Of a stretch of DNA of 25,250 nucleotides, positions 17,428 through 25,250 are shown piece after piece. The DNA lies in the NCBI GenBank assembly GCA_017608545.1, contig JAFCFQ010000001.1, positions 1 to 25,250 of the forward strand. The letters are read 5' to 3'. Origin of the DNA: Candidatus Aenigmatarchaeota archaeon. GTDB taxonomy: Archaea > Aenigmatarchaeota > Aenigmatarchaeia > Aenigmatarchaeales > Aenigmatarchaeaceae. Each line of letters begins with the position of its first letter. Position 1 is the stretch's first letter. The notes under the pieces are model-generated. The model was not told where the DNA came from, did no database searches, and saw nothing but the letters and a program-made list of their open reading frames with translations. Both the position numbers and the translations under genes were made by a program.

Positions 17428-18952
17428 TTTAGTTAAAATTGCATCTTATATACCAACGGTTACACAACCTGTTCAAAAATTAACTTTTAGAGAAAAAGCT
17501 AAATGGACCTTAATAGTTCTAGTTTTATTTTTTGTTTTAGGCTCAATTACAGTTTGGGGAGTTAATCCTAATGCAATTGCAAGATTTGAATTTTTGGAAA
17601 TAGTTTTTGGATCTAGATTTGGTTCAATAATAACTTTAGGTATAGGACCAATAGTTACTGCATCAATAATATTACAGCTACTAGTAGGAAGTAAGATAAT
17701 TAACTGGGATCTGACTAATGAGGAAGACAAGAAAAAGTTTAGTGCCACACAAAAAATATTGACAATTGCATTTTGTTTTATAGAAGGAATAGCTTACGTA
17801 ATTGCTGGCGCAGTCCCTCCTGCAACACCTGATTTTGGTTTAATAGTTTTTATTATCCTACAGCTTTCATTAGGTGGGATAATTATAATGTTTATGGACG
17901 AGGTTGTTTCAAAATGGGGTTTTGGTTCAGGTGTTTCTTTGTTTATTGCAGCTGGTGTTTCTAAAACAATACTTATCAGAACACTAAATCCTTTGACTCA
18001 AGCTGGTACTTTTCCTATTGAGGGAGAATATCCTGCAGGAATAATACCCTTGTTAATTACTACGTTTCTAGAAGGAGCACCAGCTTTTATTAACTTACTT
18101 CCTTTATTGGGGACTATTTTAGTTTTTATAATAGTAGTTTTCATTCAAGATGTAAAAGTTGAAATACCAATGGCATTTTCTTTACCTTTCGGAAAATTTG
18201 CTGCTAGAAGATGGCCGCTAAAATTTTTGTATACATCGAACATACCAGTCATTTTAACTGCTGCTGTTTTGGCAAATCTGCAAGTTATAGGAAGGCTACT
18301 TTATGAAAGAGGAATAACTCTTTTAGGAACTTACAGTGAACAAGGAAATCCAAATCCAGGAAGCTTAATGTATTATTTATCTAGACCATCCGGTGAAATT
18401 GGCATAATAGTGATTACTATAATAAGTAGCATTGTTGCATTATGCTTTGTTGTATTAGCTTTAAGAGTTTGGAAGAAAAATGCATTTAAAATGTGTATTT
18501 TAGGGGCGATTATTGGAATAATATTAGGTTATTTTCTAGTTTCATATTATAATCTCCCAGAAATAACTTTAGATAGTGTATTACATGCTTTAGTTTATAT
18601 TAGTGTTTATGTTATAGGTTCAACAATATTCTCTATTTTTTGGACTGCTACATCAGGTATGGATGCGAAATCAATAGCTGAGCAATTTAAAACATATTTT
18701 ATAATGATTCCTGGATTTAGACATGATCCAAGAATTGTTGAAAAAGTTCTAGATAGGTATATACCAGCATTAACTGTGATGGGTGGAGCATTTATTGGTT
18801 TTTTAGCAGCGTATGCAGACTTAACATCTGCAATTGGGACCGGAACAGGTCTTCTCTTGGCTGTTATGATTGTTTATCAATTTTATGAACAAATAACTTA
18901 TCAACATAAAGAAGACATACCAGCCCCAATTAGAAAATTTTTGGGTGAGTAA
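17420..18952 (+). CDS. secY: Preprotein translocase SecY (Sec61alpha) with an internal hydrophobic insertion
   Basis: LGIGPIVTASII, SKWGFGSGVSLFIAAGV, PLKFLYTSNIPVIL, IPGFR, GTGTGLLLAV. Confidence 0.98.
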   Translation: MFDLVKIASYIPTVTQPVQKLTFREKAKWTLIVLVLFFVLGSITVWGVNPNAIARFEFLEIVFGSRFGSIITLGIGPIVTASIILQLLVGSKIINWDLTNEEDKKKFSATQKILTIAFCFIEGIAYVIAGAVPPATPDFGLIVFIILQLSLGGIIIMFMDEVVSKWGFGSGVSLFIAAGVSKTILIRTLNPLTQAGTFPIEGEYPAGIIPLLITTFLEGAPAFINLLPLLGTILVFIIVVFIQDVKVEIPMAFSLPFGKFAARRWPLKFLYTSNIPVILTAAVLANLQVIGRLLYERGITLLGTYSEQGNPNPGSLMYYLSRPSGEIGIIVITIISSIVALCFVVLALRVWKKNAFKMCILGAIIGIILGYFLVSYYNLPEITLDSVLHALVYISVYVIGSTIFSIFWTATSGMDAKSIAEQFKTYFIMIPGFRHDPRIVEKVLDRYIPALTVMGGAFIGFLAAYADLTSAIGTGTGLLLAVMIVYQFYEQITYQHKEDIPAPIRKFLGE

Positions 18953-19597
18953 ATGAGATTAGTAGTAATCGGTCCACCGGGTTCAGGAAAAGGGACTTAT
19001 GCCTCGAGGTTGAGCCCAATATTAAAGGTACCTTATATATCAACTGGAGATATTTTTAGAGAAAATATAAGCAAAGGAACATCTCTAGGTAAAAAAGTGG
19101 AAAAATTTTTAAATTCAGGTTTACTTGTTCCAGATGATATAACAATAGAAGTTGTGAAAAAAAGATTAAAGGAACCAGATTGTAAAAATGGTTATATTTT
19201 TGATGGTTTTCCTAGAACACTCAAACAAGCAGAAGAATTAGAAAAAATAGCATCTCCAGATGTTGTTCTTTATCTTAGTGTTCCTGAATGGTTATTAATT
19301 AAAAGGATATCTTCAAGAGTAATATGTAAAAATTGTGGAAAAATTTATAATCTCTTAAATGTTAAGCCTAAAAAAGAAGGAATATGTGATGTGTGTGAAG
19401 GAGAATTAATTCAAAGGAAAGATGAAACACCAGAAGCAATTAAAATAAGATTAAATGAATATGAGAAAAAAACAAAACCAATTATAGAGTATTATAATAA
19501 TAAGGGTATATTAAAAATATTTTCAAATGATAAACTTGATTTAAAACCAGAAGAAGGTGTTAAAAAAATATTGGAAATTTTAGGTGTGAGAAAATGA
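18953..19597 (+). CDS. adk: Adenylate kinase, bacterial type with Zn-binding LID
   Basis: GPPGSGKGT, ISTGDIFR, LVPDD, DGFPRT, LID CKNC-x16-CDVC. Confidence 0.96.
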   Translation: MRLVVIGPPGSGKGTYASRLSPILKVPYISTGDIFRENISKGTSLGKKVEKFLNSGLLVPDDITIEVVKKRLKEPDCKNGYIFDGFPRTLKQAEELEKIASPDVVLYLSVPEWLLIKRISSRVICKNCGKIYNLLNVKPKKEGICDVCEGELIQRKDETPEAIKIRLNEYEKKTKPIIEYYNNKGILKIFSNDKLDLKPEEGVKKILEILGVRK

Positions 19598-20031
19598 GCT
19601 TATTAGGTTTGTCAGCAGGCATAGAAGAAATGTTAGTGTCAGCCATTATTATATTTTTTATTACTTTAATTTACAAATTTTTAATAAATCAAGATAAACT
19701 AAGAGAATTAAAAGAAAAACAAAGAGAAAAACAAGAAAAAATAAAGGAATTACAAAAAACAAATCCAGAAGAAGCAAAAAGAGTTATGGCTGAAATGTTA
19801 AAGCTTTCTAACAAACAGCTCAGAATGAGTATGAAACCAATGTTTGTAAGTTTATTGATATTTATTGTAATAGTTTTCCCTATATTACCCAATTTATTTC
19901 CAGGAGTTGTTGTTTATTTACCATTTTCACTTCCATTTCTCGGTAATGATCTTGGTTGGTTAGCTTGGTACATAATAGTTTCAATTCCTTTGAATTCAAT
20001 ATTTAGAAAATTTTTGGGTGTTGAGTTATGA
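19594..20031 (+). CDS. DUF106 / EMC3-TMCO1 (Oxa1 superfamily) membrane insertase
   Basis: TM, cytosolic coiled coil, two further TM segments. MKPM and GWLAWYIIVS motifs. Conserved position after secY-adk. Confidence 0.9.
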   Translation: MSLLGLSAGIEEMLVSAIIIFFITLIYKFLINQDKLRELKEKQREKQEKIKELQKTNPEEAKRVMAEMLKLSNKQLRMSMKPMFVSLLIFIVIVFPILPNLFPGVVVYLPFSLPFLGNDLGWLAWYIIVSIPLNSIFRKFLGVEL

Positions 20032-20273
20032 GGATTTCTAAATCAATAAAAAGATATAAAGTTAAAACTCCAGGAGGAAGAACAGTTATTCACTTCAGAA
20101 AAAAGAAACCTAGTTATTCTAGATGTGGAAAGTGTGGTGCAAAGTTAAACAGACCAAAGTTAACTGTTAAGGAACTTAAAAAATTACCAAAAACTAAAAA
20201 GCGTCCTGAAAGGCCATTTCCAGAATTATGTCCTAAATGTATGAGGGAATATTTAAAAGAAAAGGTGAGATAA
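20028..20273 (+). CDS. rpl34e: 50S ribosomal protein eL34
   Basis: KTPGG, CGKCG, RPERPF, LCPKC. Confidence 0.95.
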   Translation: MRISKSIKRYKVKTPGGRTVIHFRKKKPSYSRCGKCGAKLNRPKLTVKELKKLPKTKKRPERPFPELCPKCMREYLKEKVR

Positions 20274-20588
20274 ATGTTAGAGATTGGTAGAGTTTGTATG
20301 AAAATAGCAGGTAGAGAAGCTGGGAAATATGCAGTAATCATTGATAAAATTGATGACAATTTTGTTTTGATAACAGGTCCTAAGTCAATAACAGGTGTTA
20401 AAAGAAGAAAATGTAACATTGATCATTTAGAACCAACTGAACACAAATTCGATATTGACCCTAAAACTGATGATACTTCTATTGAAAATTTATGGAAAAA
20501 TTCTGGTTTAATTGAGAAACTTGGGATAAAACTTCCTGTAAAAAGAGAATTTAAAAAGGAACAGAACGAAACAAAGAAGCAACAATGA
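20274..20588 (+). CDS. rpl14e: 50S ribosomal protein eL14
   Basis: EIGRVCMKIAGREAGK, ITGPK, VKRRKCNIDHLEPT. Confidence 0.96.
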   Translation: MLEIGRVCMKIAGREAGKYAVIIDKIDDNFVLITGPKSITGVKRRKCNIDHLEPTEHKFDIDPKTDDTSIENLWKNSGLIEKLGIKLPVKREFKKEQNETKKQQ

Positions 20589-20643
20589 ACACCATAAGTA
20601 TTGCTATAATTAACCATATTATCAAATAATTCCAAGCTTTCAT
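20551..20643 (-). CDS. Candidate 30-aa single-TM peptide
   Basis: MKAWNYLIIWLIIAILMVFIVASLFRSVPF. SD-like GGGGTAG 6 nt upstream; TATA-like TTTTATAA further upstream. Confidence 0.45.
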   Translation of the reverse strand: MKAWNYLIIWLIIAILMVFIVASLFRSVPF

Positions 20644-20732
20644 TCCTTTCTACCCCTTTCTCTTATAAAAATACTCTTCTTTAAGCTATAAAAGTTTACT
20701 TTAAGTATACAAAAATCAAAATAATTTTATCT

Positions 20733-21659
20733 ATGGGTTGGTTAATAAAAAAATTTGAAGCATCGTTAACACCTTTTGGTTGTTATCCTGGTGCAAGAAA
20801 CTTAGAAGAACATATAAGAAATGGAATAATAATAATTGATAAACCTTCAGGTCCTACTTCTCACCAAGTTGATAAGTGGATTAAAGAAATTCTTGGTATA
20901 AGTAAAGCTAGCCATGGAGGTACATTGGATCCACGTGCATCTGGTGTTTTAGTAATAGCCTTAGAAAATGCAACGAAATTAATGCCAATTCTTTTATCGT
21001 CAAAAAAAGAGTATGTAGGAATAATTCATTTGCATGAAGAAGTTGATAAGAAAAAACTTGAAAAAGCATTAAAAAGTTTTATTGGAAAAGTTAAACAAAT
21101 ACCTCCTAAAAAATCTGCAGTTGCTAGAAAAGAAAGGGAAAGAGAAGTTTATTATTTGGAATTGCTAGAATTAAAGGGAAGAAACGCCTTATTTAAAATT
21201 GGTTGTGAGGCAGGATTCTACGTTAGAAGACTTGCAGACGATTTAGGAAAGAAATTAGGAACAGGGGCACATTTACAAGAATTGAGGAGAACAAAAAGTG
21301 GTAATTTTTCTGAAGATTCCGCAATCACTTTACAAGATTTAGTTGATGCTAAAGAAGAGAACAGATTGAAAGAAATTATAAAACCTATGGAATTGGTTGT
21401 TGAAAACATAAGAAAAATCATAATATCAGATAATGCTATAGCTAACATTTGCAATGGTGCACCTTTGGCTGTTGGTGGAATTGTTAGGTTTGAAGACAAT
21501 ATAAAAGAAAATGATATCGTTGCTATGCTTTCTTTGAAAGGCGAGTTGATAGCTATCGGAAAAGCTTTAATGAATTCTGAAGCTATGTTAACCAGAAAAA
21601 GAGGTTTGGCAGTCAAAACCGATAGAGTTTTAATGGAAAAAGGAACATACCCTAAATGA
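20733..21659 (+). CDS. truB: Pseudouridine synthase Cbf5/TruB with PUA domain
   Basis: IDKPSGPTSH, HGGTLDP (catalytic Asp), LRRTKSG, C-terminal PUA domain. TTTAAGTA at 20700-20707. Confidence 0.97.
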   Translation: MGWLIKKFEASLTPFGCYPGARNLEEHIRNGIIIIDKPSGPTSHQVDKWIKEILGISKASHGGTLDPRASGVLVIALENATKLMPILLSSKKEYVGIIHLHEEVDKKKLEKALKSFIGKVKQIPPKKSAVARKEREREVYYLELLELKGRNALFKIGCEAGFYVRRLADDLGKKLGTGAHLQELRRTKSGNFSEDSAITLQDLVDAKEENRLKEIIKPMELVVENIRKIIISDNAIANICNGAPLAVGGIVRFEDNIKENDIVAMLSLKGELIAIGKALMNSEAMLTRKRGLAVKTDRVLMEKGTYPK

Positions 21660-21742
21660 TTAAAACTTTTGTAACTTTTAAAAAGATGCAAAACTTTATA
21701 AATTAGTAAATACATTTTATAAGAGGCATTTTGGAGGATAAA

Positions 21743-22945
21743 ATGAGTAATATAGTCATTGAAGACTTACATGCAATTCCTGTTTCTGAGCAAATGGTAG
21801 AGGTTGTTGAAAGAAAAGGGATTGGACACCCTGATACAATTTGCGATTCTTTAATGAATAAAGTTTCTATAGAGCTTTCAAAATATTATTTAAACAAATT
21901 TGGAGTGATACTACATCACAATATTGATAAGGGTCTTTTGGTTGCAGGAGAAGCTGAACAAAAGTTTGGAGGCGGAAGAATAAAAACTCCAATGCTTCTA
22001 GTTTTTGGAGATAGAGCCACTTATGAGTTTAAGGGGGAATCGATCCCTGTCTCTGAAATTGCTGTTGATACTGCAAAAAAATGGTTTAAAGAGAATCTAA
22101 GATTTGTTGACCCTGAAAATGATGTAAAGTATCAAGTTGAATTAAAAAGAGGTTCTGCTGCTCTCAGAGATATATTTTTTAGAAAAGGAGAAATTCTTGG
22201 AGCAAATGATACATCAGCAGCAGTTGGTTATGCTCCGTTAACAGAAACTGAAAAAATAGTTTTGAATACAGAGAAATTTCTGAATGATAAAAGTTTTAAA
22301 AAAAGATTTCCGGAATCAGGGGAAGATATAAAAGTAATGGGTTTGAGAAGTAATGGAGAGTTACATTTGACAATAGCGATGCCTTTGGTTGATAGATTTG
22401 TCGAAAGCGAGAATGATTATTTTAGAAAAAAAGAAGAATTGATTGAAGAAATTAAAAATTTTGTTATTAACAAAACTGATATTAGAACTTTTGTTTTCTT
22501 GAATACTTTAGATGCTAAAGGAAGAGGTATAAATGGCTGTTATTTAACTGTTACTGGAACTTGTGCAGAAGATGCTGATTGTGGGCAAGTTGGTAGAGGA
22601 AATAGAGTTAATGGTCTAATACCATTGAATAGACCTGTTAGCAATGAGGCAGCTGCTGGAAAGAATCCAGTTAGTCATGTTGGGAAAATATACAATCTTT
22701 TGAGTCATAGAATTGCCAATGAAGTTTACAAAAATGTTGGTGGTATAAAAGAAATTTATATTTGGCTTTTGAGCCAAATTGGAAGTCCTATTAATAAGCC
22801 AAAAATTGCTGCTGCACAAGTTATAATGAATTCTGGTTCTGTTAGTGAAGTGAGAAAAGAGATTAATGAGGTTATTGAAAAAGAGTTATCAAACATAAGA
22901 CAGTTTTGTTTAGATTTAGCTCACGGAAAATATGAAATTTGTTAA
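21743..22945 (+). CDS. mat: Archaeal-type S-adenosylmethionine synthetase
   Basis: ERKGIGHPDTICD, GANDTS, GEDIKVMG, GKNPVSHVGKIYN. ATG 21743 follows GGAGG; TTTATAAA at 21696. Confidence 0.96.
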   Translation: MSNIVIEDLHAIPVSEQMVEVVERKGIGHPDTICDSLMNKVSIELSKYYLNKFGVILHHNIDKGLLVAGEAEQKFGGGRIKTPMLLVFGDRATYEFKGESIPVSEIAVDTAKKWFKENLRFVDPENDVKYQVELKRGSAALRDIFFRKGEILGANDTSAAVGYAPLTETEKIVLNTEKFLNDKSFKKRFPESGEDIKVMGLRSNGELHLTIAMPLVDRFVESENDYFRKKEELIEEIKNFVINKTDIRTFVFLNTLDAKGRGINGCYLTVTGTCAEDADCGQVGRGNRVNGLIPLNRPVSNEAAAGKNPVSHVGKIYNLLSHRIANEVYKNVGGIKEIYIWLLSQIGSPINKPKIAAAQVIMNSGSVSEVRKEINEVIEKELSNIRQFCLDLAHGKYEIC

Positions 22946-22998
22946 TTTGTAGTGCGTTTTAAGTTAAGTATTTAAAATTTGGCTCCTATTTTTAATCT

Positions 22999-23286
22999 AT
23001 GGAAGAAAAAATTGAGTTAAATGTGTTCTTAAATAAGTTGGTATCTTCTATCACGAAAAAATTTGAAAAAATTGAAAATGACATAAAAAGAATAAAATCC
23101 GATATTGAAAAACTCAAACAATCTAAAGAGGAAAACACTTTAAAAGAGATTGAAAATAAATTAAGAAATCTGGAGGTTTCAGTGAATTCTTTGAAAACTA
23201 AAAGTCAGATAGATAAATCCATATTAAAACTAATTGAAAGCGAAGAGCAAGAAAGAAAAAGTGAAACGTATGGAAGAAGACTTTGA
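22999..23286 (+). CDS. Hypothetical coiled-coil protein
   Basis: 95 aa, K/E-rich with heptad-like hydrophobic spacing. Confidence 0.7.
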   Translation: MEEKIELNVFLNKLVSSITKKFEKIENDIKRIKSDIEKLKQSKEENTLKEIENKLRNLEVSVNSLKTKSQIDKSILKLIESEEQERKSETYGRRL

Positions 23287-23632
23287 AACGATTATAAGGT
23301 CACAATTAAGAACACTAAAAAATCAAATGGATATAATAAAAGACTACATTAACAAATATGAAGAAAGAAGCATTAAACTTAAAAAAACTATAACAAACGA
23401 ACTTATAGATGCATTAATAAAGAGATTTGAAAGGAACGAGAAATTGATACAAGAATTAAATGAGAAACTGGAGTCAATAAACCTTAAGCTTCAAGAAAAT
23501 TTATCTAGATCTATTAAAGAATTGAGAGAAGAAATAACAGAAGCTGAATTATCTAAAGCTATTTCAAAAATATTTGAAGAAAAGGAAATAAAGATAAGCT
23601 CAAAAGCTTTGGATGAATTAAAAAAACTTTAG
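23270..23632 (+). CDS. Hypothetical coiled-coil protein
   Basis: About 120 aa from ATG 23270 (the ORF track starts at 23234). Helical, K/E/I/L-rich. Confidence 0.7.
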   Translation: MEEDFETIIRSQLRTLKNQMDIIKDYINKYEERSIKLKKTITNELIDALIKRFERNEKLIQELNEKLESINLKLQENLSRSIKELREEITEAELSKAISKIFEEKEIKISSKALDELKKL

Positions 23633-23633
23633 T

Positions 23634-23906
23634 TTATATAAATTTTAATGGATTTCTAAACAACTCTATCATTTGAAAAATGCCTACTGAAATAAATGTT
23701 AATACAGCAATTGTCACGATTGCTATCCAAATATAAACTATTATTTTGTAATTAATTTTTTTATCTAGTATATAGATTGTTGTTGTAATACCAATTGTAA
23801 TTAAAATAAAAATAAAGCCAATAAAAAGTCCTCCCTCAAAAGATAAATAAATAGAGTATAAAATACCAAATAAAAATAGCAACAAAATGCTAAGTTTTCT
23901 TTTCAT
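23634..23906 (-). CDS. Hypothetical small membrane protein (about 3 TM)
   Basis: 90 aa, three hydrophobic segments. Overlaps the upstream surface-protein gene by 17 nt. Confidence 0.65.
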   Translation of the reverse strand: MKRKLSILLLFLFGILYSIYLSFEGGLFIGFIFILITIGITTTIYILDKKINYKIIVYIWIAIVTIAVLTFISVGIFQMIELFRNPLKFI

Positions 23907-25250
23907 TTAACTCATCTTTACTATAAACATATTCAACTTCTTCAGTTTTTCTCTTCCTTTCAATAAAAATTACAAATATTAAAACAATTACAACCACTAA
24001 AACAATTACAACAAAAAACATATTAAATTCAGTTTTTGTCACTTTAACGATATATTCATCAGAGACTGACCATTCATTATTTGTATCATTTGCATATATT
24101 TTCCAAGCAATCACACCACTACTTGAATTGAGAGTTTTTGTAATATTAATCCATCCGTTACTTCCTGTTAATGGAGTCCAAGAATCATTTTTCCATACTC
24201 CCGAATCATTTGAAGAAAAAATATAGCCTGACAAACCATTATCATCAGACCACTCAAGAGAAAATGTTGCTTCTGCTCCTTTGCTTGTTAAATTGGTATA
24301 GCCCATAAAAAGTGATGGTGGTCTGTTTTGAATTAAAGCAGTTATTTTAATTTCTGAATTTTTTTCAGCAGTTACAATTTTTCCATCAGAAGTGTTCCCA
24401 ATAACATTTATTGTTATAGGATAATTTTTTGCTTCTGCATCTATTGGAATACTAAAGTTTATTTTTACTTCTTTTGTTTCTCCACCATAAATATAAGAAG
24501 GCTGAGTTGTTGTGTACCAATCTTGTGAAATTCCTTTCAAATTTATTGTTATGTTAAAGATATTTTTTGTCATTTCATTTACTAAATCAAAACTACCTTC
24601 CACACTTTCTCCAGCTTTTATTGATGGAAAATTTAAGTTCATTATTTTAAGTTCTCCTGTTATGTTTTCTCTTTCTGGAGGAGGTGCCGCTAAAACAATT
24701 ATAGTTTTTGTTATGCTTTGGTTTGTGTAATTTGCTGTTCCACTTGTGTTGCAAGTAAAATTATAAGTTCCCACACTTAACAAGAAAGTATCCATCCTTG
24801 TTGAAGAACTTATATTTTCTATTAATTCAGAATCTTTGTAAAATTTGAAATCAGAACTTGAAATTTCTAATGGATTAATTGAATAGCATGTTGCTGTAAC
24901 TTGAGTTCCTTCTCTTATGTTCGTTGAAGGCAATATTTCCATTACCAGAGGACTCATTTTTAATATTTCATAATTAAAGAAGTCTGTAGAACTTTCATCG
25001 TTTAAGTCATCTTTTGCATGCCATTTATAAGAGAACTTTCCAGCACCTAAATCTTTTATTATTATCCAGAAAGTTCCAGACGAATTTTGAACAGGAGGAT
25101 CTGAATCATAGTAATAATTTTTCATTGTTCCAGTATAATTCGATTCGAACCAAACATCAACTAATGTTGCATCTTTAACAGTTACTTGAAACTTGTATTC
25201 AACATCAGGAACATAACCAACAGGGCTACTTGGTGTTGAAGATAAGCCTG
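23890..25250 (-). CDS. Large cell-surface glycoprotein with Ig-like domains and C-terminal TM anchor, 5'-truncated
   Basis: Frame stays open upstream of ATG 25125 to the window edge (GLSSTPSSPVGYVPDVEYKFQVTV...). Beta-rich S/T/N composition, about 15 N-x-S/T sequons, TM FFVVIVLVVVIVLIFVIFI followed by ERKRK. Confidence 0.85.
   Translation of the reverse strand, partial: GLSSTPSSPVGYVPDVEYKFQVTVKDATLVDVWFESNYTGTMKNYYYDSDPPVQNSSGTFWIIIKDLGAGKFSYKWHAKDDLNDESSTDFFNYEILKMSPLVMEILPSTNIREGTQVTATCYSINPLEISSSDFKFYKDSELIENISSSTRMDTFLLSVGTYNFTCNTSGTANYTNQSITKTIIVLAAPPPERENITGELKIMNLNFPSIKAGESVEGSFDLVNEMTKNIFNITINLKGISQDWYTTTQPSYIYGGETKEVKINFSIPIDAEAKNYPITINVIGNTSDGKIVTAEKNSEIKITALIQNRPPSLFMGYTNLTSKGAEATFSLEWSDDNGLSGYIFSSNDSGVWKNDSWTPLTGSNGWINITKTLNSSSGVIAWKIYANDTNNEWSVSDEYIVKVTKTEFNMFFVVIVLVVVIVLIFVIFIERKRKTEEVEYVYSKDELNEKKT

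Noticed and set aside
23234-23286. Programmed frameshift joining the two coiled-coil ORFs
   Set aside because: No canonical slippery heptamer or stimulatory structure, and the second ORF has its own ATG after a GTGA motif.
4539-24730. Opposite-strand ORFs in the track lying within established genes (e.g. 4539-4745, 6071-6403, 7836-8036, 9252-9434, 9590-9796, 11181-11726, 14240-14440, 15457-15959, 16215-16851, 17473-17748, 19689-19892, 20114-20635, 21218-21715, 22616-22819, 24512-24730)
   Set aside because: Shadow ORFs antisense to well-supported genes. Their F/L/S/I-rich composition mirrors K/E-rich sense codons, and they carry no motifs.
1-25250. CRISPR arrays, IS elements, integrases and att sites, including at the tRNA 3' end
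   Set aside because: No regularly spaced repeats, transposase or integrase ORFs, or duplicated tRNA 3' end were seen by eye.

Overview
AT-rich archaeal housekeeping region, probably DPANN (an inference from divergent ribosomal proteins). It carries the 3' end of the str cluster (EF-2 partial, EF-1alpha, uS10, tRNA-Ser), the S10-spc ribosomal superoperon (uL3 to uL15), then secY, a bacterial-type Zn-LID adk, a DUF106/Oxa1-family insertase, eL34, eL14, cbf5/truB and archaeal SAM synthetase. It ends with two coiled-coil ORFs and a convergent, truncated surface-glycoprotein gene. No mobile element or CRISPR array was seen. Main observations: (1) SecY has an extra predicted two-helix transmembrane hairpin between TM7 and TM8, suggesting a 12-TM SecY. 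(2) tRNA-Ser(GGA) has a 15-nt intron at non-canonical position 30/31 with a well-formed bulge-helix-bulge. (3) Non-ribosomal passenger genes sit at five junctions of the conserved gene order, several of them translationally coupled. (4) The ORF track missed three small ORFs: uS14, a 53-aa Zn-ribbon protein and a candidate 30-aa antisense membrane peptide. (5) uL3, uL4 and uL22 have remodelled loops near the peptidyl-transferase centre and exit tunnel. Reference motifs were compared from memory; no alignments or searches were run.
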